From positions 1 through 46,804 of the forward strand of contig CALHBU010000385.1 of NCBI GenBank assembly GCA_937930655.1: a DNA stretch of 46,804 nucleotides. Direction: 5' to 3'. Shown piece after piece: positions 7,737 through 16,475 of this stretch. Positions within the stretch are counted from its first letter, which is position 1; each line of letters begins with the position of its first letter. Below the pieces are notes generated by a model. That model was not told the DNA's origin. It ran no database searches and saw nothing but the letters and a program-made list of their open reading frames with translations. The stretch is from an uncultured Acidimicrobiales bacterium. Its GTDB lineage: Bacteria > Actinomycetota > Acidimicrobiia > Acidimicrobiales > SZUA-35. The translations under genes were made by a program, and so were the position numbers.

Positions 7737-8834
7737 ATGGGACGTTTGCACGATCTCTACGACCAGCAGGGCCAAAGCCCCTGGCTCGACAATCTCCGTC
7801 GCGGTTGGATGACTACCGGCGAACTTCAGGAGTGGATCGATCGGGGTGTGCGTGGTCTTACCTCCAATCCGTCGATCTTCGCCAAAGCGATGATCGAGAC
7901 CGATGACTACAACGCTGAGTTGGAGTCGCTTGTGAAGGCTGGGACCTCGGTCGAGGATGCGTACTGGGACCTCGTGGTTGGAGATATCCGTCAGGCGCTT
8001 GGTTTTCTTCTTCCCGTGCACGAAGCGTCCGGGGGCGAGGATGGCTACGTCTCGGTCGAGGTATCTCCGACATTGGCTCACGACGAAGCGGCGACGGTTG
8101 CTGCCGCCCGCCAGCTCGACGATCGGATCGAAGCATCGAACCTGTACATCAAGGTGCCGGCAACCGCCGAGGGTGTGCCAGCCATTCGCACCCTGATAAG
8201 TGAGGCTCGCTCCATCAACGTCACGTTGATCTTCAGCCTTGAACGACACGCCGATGTCATGGAGGCCTACATCGCTGGGCTCGAGGCTTGTGAGGCTGAC
8301 GATCTGTCTAACATCTCCTCGGTAGCGTCGTTTTTCATCAGCCGAGTCGATGTCGAGGTTGACCGGCGACTCAAAGAACTGGGCACACCAGAAGCCGCCG
8401 AGCTCATGGGCAAGGCGGCAATTGCCCAGGGCCACATCGCCTACGAACAGTTCACCAAGGCCTTTTCTGGCCCCCGCTGGGACGCCCTGGCGGCTCGGGG
8501 GGCGAGAGTGCAGCGTCCGCTCTGGGCATCAACATCAACCAAAGATCCGAGCTACCCCGACACCCTCTATGTCGACACGCTGATCGGACCAAACACGGTC
8601 AACACTCTGCCCGACGGCACGCTGTTGGCTTTTGACGACCATGGCACCGTGGCCCGCACGGTCGACGCCGACCCGGCCGCCGCCCACGACATCGTGGCCC
8701 GGTTGGCCGCCCTCGGCATTGACCTCGAAGAGGTAGCCGTCACGCTCGAAAGCGAAGGGGTCAGCAGCTTCGCCAAGAGCTTTGACGAAGTTCTCGACAC
8801 TCTGGGGACGCGGGCCGACGAGTTCCGAAGCTGA
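7737..8834 (+). CDS. tal: transaldolase (long actinobacterial type)
   Basis: Contains MGRLHDLYDQQGQSPWLDNLRR, the active-site region LYIKVPAT, and NVTLIFS. I chose the ATG at 7737 over the upstream track start at 7710. Confidence 0.9.
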   Translation: MGRLHDLYDQQGQSPWLDNLRRGWMTTGELQEWIDRGVRGLTSNPSIFAKAMIETDDYNAELESLVKAGTSVEDAYWDLVVGDIRQALGFLLPVHEASGGEDGYVSVEVSPTLAHDEAATVAAARQLDDRIEASNLYIKVPATAEGVPAIRTLISEARSINVTLIFSLERHADVMEAYIAGLEACEADDLSNISSVASFFISRVDVEVDRRLKELGTPEAAELMGKAAIAQGHIAYEQFTKAFSGPRWDALAARGARVQRPLWASTSTKDPSYPDTLYVDTLIGPNTVNTLPDGTLLAFDDHGTVARTVDADPAAAHDIVARLAALGIDLEEVAVTLESEGVSSFAKSFDEVLDTLGTRADEFRS

Positions 8835-8849
8835 CGAGTTCCGAAGCTG
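8818..8849 (+). repeat. perfect 16-bp tandem duplication (GACGAGTTCCGAAGCT x2) spanning the tal stop codon
   Basis: Read directly. Copy 1 is 8818-8833, copy 2 is 8834-8849, followed by GAC. The TGA stop (8832-8834) straddles the junction. Confidence 0.9.
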
Positions 8850-8862
8850 ACGGCTTTCGGAA
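8839..8862. terminator. hairpin between the convergent tal and alkB-like genes (possible bidirectional terminator)
   Basis: TTCCGAAGC (8839-8847), loop TGACG, GCTTTCGGAA (8853-8862). This gives 9 bp with one bulge. There is no clear U-tract. Confidence 0.3.
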
Positions 8863-8865
8863 AGC

Positions 8866-9504
8866 TCAGCCCCGGAACATCAAACTGATTCGGGTGTTTG
8901 GGCCGGCAATCTTTGGCACCGCATGTTCCCAATGGGCCTGTGTCGTGCCGCCCATGACCAGTAAGTCACCCCGACCGAACATGATGCGGTGGGCTGGGTT
9001 GTTGCTGGAACCTGAGCCACGGCGAGGCCGGAGCACGAAAGGTCGTCGCTCGCCGACGGCGGCAATGGCAATGAGCGCATCGCCCGGCATCGGGACCTTG
9101 TCGGCGTGAAAGGCGACGCTGTCTCGACCGCTTCGGTACCAGTTGGCTCCGATCCGTGGAAGCGAGCGGCCGTAGGCGGCCTCAAGCACTGGTCGGAGCC
9201 GAAGCAGGTCGAGCGGGATTCGTTGGTCGTGCAGGTCGTCGAAGGAGCAGATGAGTCGGGGGACTTTGACCATCCGTTCGTACATCGGCCGCTCGGCCTC
9301 GACCCAGGGAAGGGTGGCGGCCATGGACTCGAACCAATCATCAGACCCCGGCAACCATTCAGGAGCCCAGTCGACCCAGGCGCCGCGGCCAAGCTCGATG
9401 CGTTCGACTGGTCCCAGCCGGGAGGGCACCTCGGCTGTCCCCGATGCCAGAAGGCTGGGCTGGTAGCGGGCCGGTGCGGGTTGGTCCACGGTGTTCACGA
9501 ACAT
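8866..9504 (-). CDS. AlkB-like 2OG-Fe(II) dioxygenase
   Basis: HxD in VAFHADK, a distal His in HWEHAVP, and RISLMFR (RxSxxxR). The start is taken at ATG 9504 (MFVNTVDQ...). The upstream extension to 9732 overlaps hxlR and is Gly/Arg-rich. Confidence 0.75.
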   Translation of the reverse strand: MFVNTVDQPAPARYQPSLLASGTAEVPSRLGPVERIELGRGAWVDWAPEWLPGSDDWFESMAATLPWVEAERPMYERMVKVPRLICSFDDLHDQRIPLDLLRLRPVLEAAYGRSLPRIGANWYRSGRDSVAFHADKVPMPGDALIAIAAVGERRPFVLRPRRGSGSSNNPAHRIMFGRGDLLVMGGTTQAHWEHAVPKIAGPNTRISLMFRG

Positions 9505-9558
9505 ACGTTCGATACTAGCCAAAGGGTGGAGACTTGCAGTCGGTAGCAAATGTGAACT

Positions 9559-9583
9559 AGTAAGTTGCGAATCGAAACCTACT
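9559..9583. promoter_or_regulatory. imperfect inverted repeat AGTAAGTT-N9-AACCTACT, candidate operator in the alkB-like/hxlR divergent region
   Basis: The 8-bp arms match 7/8. The repeat lies 21-45 bp upstream of the hxlR ATG, in a locally AT-richer stretch. Confidence 0.3.
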
Positions 9584-9603
9584 GATCTACGTTGATTCCC
9601 GAG

Positions 9604-10074
9604 ATGCCAGCAACCTCCCAGAAAACCTCCGCCCCATCGCAACCAGGGTCCTGCTCTATCGCCTCCACCCTGGCCGTCATCGGCGATCGCTGGACCGTGC
9701 TGGTGCTGCGCGACATCTTCCGTGGCGTCCATCGGTTCTCAGAGCTCCAGGAAAACCTGGGCATTGCCAAGAACCTGCTCTCCAATCGCCTGGCCAAACT
9801 GGTAAACGCCGGTGTGCTGGAAAAGACTCCGTACCAAGATCGTCCGGTCAGGTACGACTACCGCCTCACCGACAAGGGTCGAGACCTCTCCCCCGCTCTC
9901 ATGGCGCTCATGGGATGGGGCGACCGCTGGATGGCCGATGGCCAGCCCCCGACGGTGCTGGTCCACGACAAGTGCGGTACTCCCCTCGAACAACGGGTCG
10001 AGTGCCCGGACTGCGAACAAGACATCACCCCACGCCACATCCGGAGCCGACCCGGCCCCGGACGGAGGAACTGA
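9604..10074 (+). CDS. HxlR-family winged-helix regulator with a C-terminal Cys/His (zinc-ribbon-like) extension
   Basis: Contains CSIASTLAVIGDRWTVLVLRDIFRGVHRFSELQENLGIAKNLLSNRLAKL, then VHDKCGTPLEQRVECPDCEQD. Confidence 0.8.
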   Translation: MPATSQKTSAPSQPGSCSIASTLAVIGDRWTVLVLRDIFRGVHRFSELQENLGIAKNLLSNRLAKLVNAGVLEKTPYQDRPVRYDYRLTDKGRDLSPALMALMGWGDRWMADGQPPTVLVHDKCGTPLEQRVECPDCEQDITPRHIRSRPGPGRRN

Positions 10075-10075
10075 A

Positions 10076-12496
10076 GTGACAACAACCGAAGCAACCAACA
10101 CCGACCTCACAGCCCTTTCAACCGAAGAGCTCATGACTCGAGCGTCGGCCGTGCGTGATGCCACGTTTGGTACCAGGGTGACCTATTCACCCAAGGTCTT
10201 CATTCCGCTCACCATGTTGTGTCAGGACCAGTGTGGGTACTGCACCTTTGCCCAACCGCCCGCTCGGCTCGATAGCCCCTACCTCGAACCCAATGAGGTG
10301 CTACGGATCGCCAAACAGGGAGCCCGAGCCGGCTGCCATGAGGCACTGTTCACACTCGGCGAGCGCCCCGAGCTTCGCTACCCGGCGGCCGCCGAATGGC
10401 TCTCCGAGCATGGCTACGAATCGACCATCGACTACCTCGAGGCCATGTGCGAGCTGGTGCTCACCGAGACAGGGCTGCTTCCTCACGCCAACGCCGGAGC
10501 ACTTCATCCGGAGGAGTTGGCTCAACTCCGGAGGGTCTCCCCCAGTCAGGGAATGATGATCGAGTCCCTCCGGGACGATCTTGACTGCCATCGCAATGCG
10601 CCCGACAAAGAGCCGGCTCGTCGTCTGGCCACCCTGGATGCGGCGGGAGAACTGAAGATTCCGTTCACCACCGGCATCCTGGTCGGAATCGGCGAGAACG
10701 AGCAGGACCGCGTCGACGCGTTGGAGGCCATTGCGGCCAGCCATCGCCGCTTTGGGCATGTGCAAGAAGTCATTGTTCAGAATTTCCTTCCCAAGGCCGG
10801 CACTGCCATGTGGAAGTCCGACCCGTGCCCCGACGACGCCTACTTCCGGGCTATTGCACTGGCCCGTCTCATTCTTCCCAGCGACATCCACTTGCAAGCC
10901 CCGCCGAATCTCAGCGATGACTTCGGCAAGCTGCTCGACACAGGCATCGACGACTGGGGCGGGGTTTCGCCCATCACCGCCGATCATGTGAACCCCGAGC
11001 GACCGTGGCCCGAGCTCGACCGTCTTCGTGAGATCACCGAAGCCAGAGGTTTCACCCTCGCCCCCCGGCTCACCATCTACCCCGAGTACGCCCGAACCGT
11101 CACCGGCGTCGGAGACGTCTACAACTCGGCCGAGTACGGCACCGAATGGGTCGATGCCGAAGTCCGCTTCGGTGTGCTCGACCGGTCCGATTCCGAAGGC
11201 CTCGGCCGTGACGACCCGGGGGCCCAGTTCCCTGAGAAGGCCGAATTCGTCACCGAGGGCGACGACGGGGCCGACGTCATTCTCATTGGCGATCGTTCGA
11301 CCCAGTGGTACTCCGGTGCCCCTGCCACCCCACCCGACCTCATTTCCGACGACCGGCCCATCGGCGGCGCAGTCGCCGAGGTCATCGAGGGCGTTCGCCT
11401 TGGTCAGGAAGCTGGTCGGGACGAACTTCGCACGCTCTTCAGCGCTCGCGGACCTGAAGTCTCAGCGGTGGCCAGACTGGCCGATGACCTCCGCAAGGAG
11501 ATCGTTGGCGACGAGATCACTTACGTGGTCAACCGCAACATCAACTACACCAACGTCTGCACCTTCAAGTGTCGCTTCTGTGGCTTCTCCAAAGGTCCAC
11601 TCAGCCTCAATCTCCGAGGCAAGCCGTACCTTCTCACCCTGGAGGAAATGCAGGGCCGGGTAACCGAAGCATGGGAGAAGGGCGCAACCGAGGTCTGCCT
11701 ACAGGGTGGTATTCACCCCGATTTCGATGGCGAGTATTACATCGACGTTGCCCGAGCGGTGAAGGAGGCTGTGCCCGAGATGCACATCCACGGTTTCACG
11801 GCATTGGAAGTCACTGAAGGAGCAAAGCGCCTCGGTGAGCCGTTGGCCGACTACCTCCGCCGGTGTATGGATGCTGGCCTGAGGTCGCTACCGGGAACGG
11901 CGGCTGAGATTCTCAGCGAAGACGCCCGAGTCATTCTCTGCCCCGACAAGATCACAACCGAAGAGTGGCTCTTTGCCCACAAGACCGCCCACGAGGTGGG
12001 TCTTGGCAGCAACGTGACCATGATGTTCGGTGCGGTTGAAAGCCCCGACCATTGGGTCGAACATCTGTTGGTCACCCGGGACCTCCAGGCCGAGACGGGT
12101 GGATTCACTGAGTTCGTCGGTCTGCCGTTCGTGCATATGGCCTCCCCCATCTATCTCCAGAAAAAGGCTCGGCGAGGTCCGACCTTCCGGGAGAATCTGA
12201 TGATCCATGCCGTAGCTCGCATCGCCTACCGGGGCTATATCGACAACATCCAGTCCGGATGGGTCAAAATCGGCACCGACAGTGTCAAGCAGTTGCTCCA
12301 GGCCGGGTGCAACGATCTTGGCGGAACCCTGATGGACGAGAATATTTCCCGGGCTGCCGGAGCCAGCCATGGTCAGGAACTCACTCCCGACGACTTCCGA
12401 CGGGAGTTCGAGCCACTGGGCCGAACACTGGTCGAACGCACCACGCTCTATGGTCGCGTCGGTGACGAGCGGGTGCCGGTAACGTCGGTTGGGTGA
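10076..12496 (+). CDS. fbiC: FO synthase (7,8-didemethyl-8-hydroxy-5-deazariboflavin synthase), fused CofG/CofH
   Basis: Two radical-SAM motifs, CQDQCGYC and CTFKCRFC, in an ORF of about 806 aa. The GTG at 10076 is preceded by GGAGGAA (10064-10070), which lies inside the hxlR 3' end. The track start at 9812 overlaps hxlR and is rejected. Confidence 0.9.
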   Translation: MTTTEATNTDLTALSTEELMTRASAVRDATFGTRVTYSPKVFIPLTMLCQDQCGYCTFAQPPARLDSPYLEPNEVLRIAKQGARAGCHEALFTLGERPELRYPAAAEWLSEHGYESTIDYLEAMCELVLTETGLLPHANAGALHPEELAQLRRVSPSQGMMIESLRDDLDCHRNAPDKEPARRLATLDAAGELKIPFTTGILVGIGENEQDRVDALEAIAASHRRFGHVQEVIVQNFLPKAGTAMWKSDPCPDDAYFRAIALARLILPSDIHLQAPPNLSDDFGKLLDTGIDDWGGVSPITADHVNPERPWPELDRLREITEARGFTLAPRLTIYPEYARTVTGVGDVYNSAEYGTEWVDAEVRFGVLDRSDSEGLGRDDPGAQFPEKAEFVTEGDDGADVILIGDRSTQWYSGAPATPPDLISDDRPIGGAVAEVIEGVRLGQEAGRDELRTLFSARGPEVSAVARLADDLRKEIVGDEITYVVNRNINYTNVCTFKCRFCGFSKGPLSLNLRGKPYLLTLEEMQGRVTEAWEKGATEVCLQGGIHPDFDGEYYIDVARAVKEAVPEMHIHGFTALEVTEGAKRLGEPLADYLRRCMDAGLRSLPGTAAEILSEDARVILCPDKITTEEWLFAHKTAHEVGLGSNVTMMFGAVESPDHWVEHLLVTRDLQAETGGFTEFVGLPFVHMASPIYLQKKARRGPTFRENLMIHAVARIAYRGYIDNIQSGWVKIGTDSVKQLLQAGCNDLGGTLMDENISRAAGASHGQELTPDDFRREFEPLGRTLVERTTLYGRVGDERVPVTSVG

Positions 12497-13599
12497 CAGC
12501 TCCCCGGGCCCGCAGTACCTTCGGCGATGAAGACGTCGACCGACTACTCACCGAGCTTCTGGCCAGCGTTGGCAAGGACTCGAACGACGATCTAGCTCGT
12601 CGTCTTCTGGTCACGACTCTCGACATGGACGTCGAGAATGTTGATCGGCTCGAATTGAAGATCGCATCTCAAACGTTGGTGGAGATGCACAACGCCTGGC
12701 GGGTCTTTTCGCCTTACGGAGACAAGCGCAAGGTCACTGTCTTCGGTTCGGCCCGAACCAATCCTGATCATCCCGACTACTCGCTCACTCAGGCCTTCAC
12801 CCGACGAATGGCCGAGCTGAACTGGATGACGATCAGCGGCGCAGGACCAGGGGTCATGACTGCGGCCATCGAGGGCGCAGGTCTTGAGAACAGCTTTGGT
12901 GTCAACATCGTGCTGCCTTTCGAGCAACGGGCCGCTCCCATCATCGACGGCGACGACAAGCTGGCGACCTTCCGCTACTTCTTCACCAGGAAATTGTTCT
13001 TCATGAAGGAATCCGACGGCTACATGTGTGCCCCCGGGGGGTTTGGCACGTTGGACGAGACGTTCGAACTGCTCACCCTCATCCAGACCGGTAAGACCAA
13101 CCCTGCCCCGATTGTGTTGCTCGACCACGAAGGTTCGAGCTACTGGGATGAATGGCGTCGTTTTGTCGACCGGGGTCTTGGTGCCGGAGGCATGATCAAC
13201 GAAGCCGACACCAGCCTCTTCATGCACACCCACGACCCCGACGAGGCCGCCGAGCACATCTACCGTTACTACTCGTGCTTTCACTCGTTGCGGTATGTCG
13301 GCAAGCGGCTGATCATTCGTCTTCGGCGTCCGATCAGCGCCCCGTCGTTGGCCACTCTCAATCAGGAGTTCGCCGACCTTCTACTGGAAGGGACCATCGA
13401 CGAGATAACGGCGACCGACACCGAGATTCGAGACGATGAGCTCGTCGACCTTCCCCGCCTCGCCTTCCGCTTCGACAATCGCTCGTTCGCCCGCTTGAAC
13501 CAACTCATCCATCGACTCAACGACTTGGGTGGCGCCGAAGCGGCCGACGACTACCGACCGCCAGTGCACGATGTCGAGCCCGAGACCGACGACGACTAG
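12493..13599 (+). CDS. LOG / TIGR00730-type Rossmann-fold nucleotide-binding protein (long form with N- and C-terminal extensions)
   Basis: Motifs VTVFGSAR, SGAGPGVMTAAIEGA and PGGFGTLDE. The GTG start overlaps the fbiC stop (GTGA). Confidence 0.75.
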   Translation: MTAPRARSTFGDEDVDRLLTELLASVGKDSNDDLARRLLVTTLDMDVENVDRLELKIASQTLVEMHNAWRVFSPYGDKRKVTVFGSARTNPDHPDYSLTQAFTRRMAELNWMTISGAGPGVMTAAIEGAGLENSFGVNIVLPFEQRAAPIIDGDDKLATFRYFFTRKLFFMKESDGYMCAPGGFGTLDETFELLTLIQTGKTNPAPIVLLDHEGSSYWDEWRRFVDRGLGAGGMINEADTSLFMHTHDPDEAAEHIYRYYSCFHSLRYVGKRLIIRLRRPISAPSLATLNQEFADLLLEGTIDEITATDTEIRDDELVDLPRLAFRFDNRSFARLNQLIHRLNDLGGAEAADDYRPPVHDVEPETDDD

Positions 13600-13605
13600 C
13601 TGGCT

Positions 13606-13800
13606 CTAGCCGGCCTCGAGGGCTCGGGCCGCCTTGTCGACGGCTCGGCGAGCGGTAGCGATGGTCTTCTCGATTGGTGGCCTCTTGGTCTCGCCATTGT
13701 CGACGGCTTGGCGGAGCACATCGAGGCCGATGTCTTCGAGCTCATCGCCGAGGTTCAACAGGCGTTGGCGTATCTCTTCAAGCCGGCCGTCATGGTCCAT
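13606..13800 (-). CDS. small helical hypothetical protein
   Basis: 64-aa ORF with an ATG start and plausible helical sequence (LEEIRQRLLNLGDELEDIGLDVLRQAV). It is convergent with the LOG gene. No family recognised. Confidence 0.4.
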   Translation of the reverse strand: MDHDGRLEEIRQRLLNLGDELEDIGLDVLRQAVDNGETKRPPIEKTIATARRAVDKAARALEAG

Positions 13801-13850
13801 GGCAAACCAGTCTGCCCGCTAGCCTCGCGTCAGTGGCAGACGGGAACATC

Positions 13851-14594
13851 ATGCAACCTCCAGAGCCGGGCGTTGTGCCTTCCCGCGATGGCCGTCAATG
13901 GATTTCCCTGCTCGACGAGCACAACGATCCCTGGCTCTTCGACGTTGCGTTTCTCCTGTCGGGCTACAACTGCATCTACGGTGAGGGGTGCCCGTCCATC
14001 GACACCGAACCGGATATCACCGAGAGTCTTGGGTGTTGCATCCACGGTGCCCATCTGAGCGACACCGACGATCTCGAGTCGGTCGCCAGCTACGCCGCTC
14101 TACTCGACGACTCCAATTGGCAGTTCCGGCGACGCTCGGTGAAAAAGGGCGGTCCGTTCAAGAAGAACAAGGCAGGCGATTGGGTCACCAGAAAAGCCGA
14201 CGGCGCCTGCATCTTCCTAAACCGAGAAGGTTTCGATGGCGGCCCCGGGTGTGCGCTGCATCGAGGTGCCCTGGAACGAGGTCAACGGCCTCTCGACTGG
14301 AAGCCAGATGTCTGTTGGCAGGTACCCATTCACCTCGATATCCACACCGACGACCACGGCCGGGAAACAGTGCTGGTCCGTGGTTGGGAGCGGCGAGACT
14401 GGGGTGATGGTGGCGACGAATTTCACTGGTGGTGCACCGAGGAGTCAGCTGCCCACCATGCCCCGGAACCGGTCTACATCACCTGTCGGGACGAGTTGAC
14501 CGAAATGGTCGGAGGCAGCCTGTATGACCGGTTGGCATCCGAACTCGACCGAATCCGCAGGGAGACACCAGTGAACATCACCGCGTCCTCGTGA
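13851..14594 (+). CDS. conserved Cys-rich hypothetical protein (YkgJ/CxxCxxCC-like Fe/Zn-binding flavour)
   Basis: ATG at 13851 (MQPPEPG...). Cys-containing segments: NCIYGEGC, LGCCIHG, DGACIFLNREGFDGGPGCALH, DVCWQVP, WWC. The track N-terminal extension is Arg-rich and overlaps the antisense small ORF. Confidence 0.65.
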   Translation: MQPPEPGVVPSRDGRQWISLLDEHNDPWLFDVAFLLSGYNCIYGEGCPSIDTEPDITESLGCCIHGAHLSDTDDLESVASYAALLDDSNWQFRRRSVKKGGPFKKNKAGDWVTRKADGACIFLNREGFDGGPGCALHRGALERGQRPLDWKPDVCWQVPIHLDIHTDDHGRETVLVRGWERRDWGDGGDEFHWWCTEESAAHHAPEPVYITCRDELTEMVGGSLYDRLASELDRIRRETPVNITASS

Positions 14595-16276
14595 ACACCC
14601 TGCTCGAACGCTTCCTCCCGAGCAGCAAAGCCACCGCCACCGCGGCCGCTTCGGTCGGGCTTGGCATTCTGGTGGGGCTCGTGGTCAGCGTGTTCGAGTA
14701 CCTCACGCTGGAGGCGTTGTTCCACAACCTCTCAGAGCTCAGCTTGTGGGTGAAGGCGTTTGCCCCCTTCGTCGGCCTGGTGATCAGCGCTCTGATCCTC
14801 AAAACGATTGGTGGTGGGGTTTCGGCGTCGACGTCCGATGAATACGTCGATGCCTACTTCACCAGGAATCCATCGCTTCCGCTGCGGGCCCTACCGGCTC
14901 GTCTGCTGGCCGGTATGGCCACCATCGGCCTGGGTGGAGCGGTCGGGCTGGAGGGGCCTTCGATCTATGCCGGGTCGGCTATTGGTCTGCAGGTCAATCG
15001 TCGAGTCGAACGATGGCTCGGTCGCGATGGGGCCAAGATGCTACTGACGGCGGGAGCAGCGGCCGGCGTCGCAGCTGTTTTCCAGGCTCCGGCCACCGGG
15101 GTGATCTTCGCTCTGGAAGCCCCCTACCGAGACGATCTCGCCCACCGTGCGTTGCTGCCGGCGCTCTTGGCCTCGGCCTCGAGCTACATCACCTTCATTT
15201 CGGTCCCGTTTGTCCACCCCGCACCCCTGCTCGGTCAAGCATTCCCACTCGGCCTCGGCGCCGGTGACCTCGTGGCAGCAGTCGCCATTGGTGTCGGGGC
15301 AGGAGCCGGAGGACGGGCCTTTGCCCGCCTCACCCGCCGAGCCAAGAAGATTTCGAAAGAGACGTCTCCGGCCGTGCTTCTGCTGGGAGGCGGTGCCATC
15401 CTCGGCGGCCTGGCCGTACTGTCGGACCGGGTCTTTGGCGATCCACTTACCCTCGGTCCCGGGGTGAACGCAGTCGAGTGGCTGGCCGACGACCGCAGCA
15501 TCACGTTGGTGGCCATGCTGTTTGTCTTCCGGGCCACCGCCACCCTGGTCACCATCGGCTCCGGTGGAGTGGGCGGAATGTTCATTCCACTGGCCGTGCA
15601 GGGCGTGCTGCTTGGCCGCCTGGTGGGCGTGTCGCTTGAAGAGATAGGTATCAACCCCGAAGGCATTCGGGTGTTGCCCATTCTTGGTCTGGCTGCCTTC
15701 CTAGCTGCCGGTTACCGAACGCCGATTGCCGCCGTGATGTTCGTTGCTGAGTCGACCGGGAACTCTGGTCAGGCCGTGGTGCCAGCACTCATTGCCGCCG
15801 CGGTATCGCAGTTGGTGGCTGGCCGTCATTCGGTGACCGCCGGACAGCGGGTCGAACGACTCGGGCATCTCGAAAGTCGCTTCGAGATGCCGGTGGCAGC
15901 TGCCCTCACCACAGACGTTCTGACCGTGCCGCCCGACGCCACGGTGTCGGAGTTCGTATGGATCCACGCCCTCGGTCGTCGTCAGACGGTCGTTCCCGTC
16001 GTGGACGGCGGACAATATCTGGGTTTGTGCACCGTCGAGGACTGCGCTCAGGTCGATCGCGACGACTGGGAGAACGTAACCGTCGGAGAGGTGGCCACCC
16101 GGGACCTACCAAGCGCCGAACCGTCGTGGACGTTGCGCGACGTAGTGGCTGCCATGGAGGCAGGAGGTACGGACACCTTGGCGGTCACCGATACCAGCGG
16201 AGCCTTTGTCGGCGTGGTGTTCGACGCCGAGATCATCAAACTAGGCGAGATCCTGGATGAGACCGGCGCCGGATGA
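14591..16276 (+). CDS. ClC-family voltage-gated chloride channel / H+-Cl- antiporter with a C-terminal CBS pair
   Basis: GLEGPSI (GxEGP) and GGMFIPL (GxFxP), with multiple TM segments. The C-terminal part, roughly 130 aa, is CBS-like. The GTG start overlaps the upstream stop (GTGA). Confidence 0.85.
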   Translation: MNTLLERFLPSSKATATAAASVGLGILVGLVVSVFEYLTLEALFHNLSELSLWVKAFAPFVGLVISALILKTIGGGVSASTSDEYVDAYFTRNPSLPLRALPARLLAGMATIGLGGAVGLEGPSIYAGSAIGLQVNRRVERWLGRDGAKMLLTAGAAAGVAAVFQAPATGVIFALEAPYRDDLAHRALLPALLASASSYITFISVPFVHPAPLLGQAFPLGLGAGDLVAAVAIGVGAGAGGRAFARLTRRAKKISKETSPAVLLLGGGAILGGLAVLSDRVFGDPLTLGPGVNAVEWLADDRSITLVAMLFVFRATATLVTIGSGGVGGMFIPLAVQGVLLGRLVGVSLEEIGINPEGIRVLPILGLAAFLAAGYRTPIAAVMFVAESTGNSGQAVVPALIAAAVSQLVAGRHSVTAGQRVERLGHLESRFEMPVAAALTTDVLTVPPDATVSEFVWIHALGRRQTVVPVVDGGQYLGLCTVEDCAQVDRDDWENVTVGEVATRDLPSAEPSWTLRDVVAAMEAGGTDTLAVTDTSGAFVGVVFDAEIIKLGEILDETGAG

Positions 16277-16292
16277 CGAGCAGGTTGAGAAG

Positions 16293-16475
16293 TTAGTCCT
16301 CGTCGTAGCTGTATTCGTCTTCGTCTTCGCGAAGGCGCCCAGCCTCTTCTGTGACCGGTAGATCGAACGGATCCTCGTCGAGCCGGTCTATCAATCCCTC
16401 AATGTCTTCGTTGCTGCTGCGCTTGAGAGCACGAGCTTCTTCATAACGGCGATGACGCCCCTTTTTCACGGGCAC
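16293..16475 (-). CDS. small basic-then-acidic hypothetical protein
   Basis: 60-aa ORF with a GTG start. The sequence is MPVKKGRHRRYEEARALKR followed by a D/E-rich tail. No family recognised. Confidence 0.4.
   Translation of the reverse strand: MPVKKGRHRRYEEARALKRSSNEDIEGLIDRLDEDPFDLPVTEEAGRLREDEDEYSYDED

Noticed and set aside
5692-8834. tkt-tal not followed by zwf-opcA-pgl, as in many actinobacteria
   Set aside because: Operon truncation or relocation of the oxidative pentose-phosphate genes is common, and nothing in the sequence suggests anything unusual beyond the 16-bp duplication reported separately.
9505-9732. N-terminal extensions of track ORFs: AlkB-like to 9732, fbiC from 9812, TetR to 4224, mobA to 18507, patatin to 19985, gltD to 36953, hydrolase from 29303, cvnD to 31793, GDPD from 25478
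   Set aside because: The extensions overlap neighbouring genes and are Arg/Pro/Gly-rich. In each case a downstream start gives a canonical family N-terminus, often with an SD sequence or a stop/start overlap.
13801-13850. Possible fluoride (crcB-motif) riboswitch upstream of the ClC operon; a 7-bp inverted repeat GTCTGCC-N18-GGCAGAC lies here
   Set aside because: Only 50 nt are available, and I could not see the conserved crcB-motif core. The ClC also has canonical GxEGP/GxFxP motifs rather than the CLC-F variants. It is kept only as a weak operator possibility.
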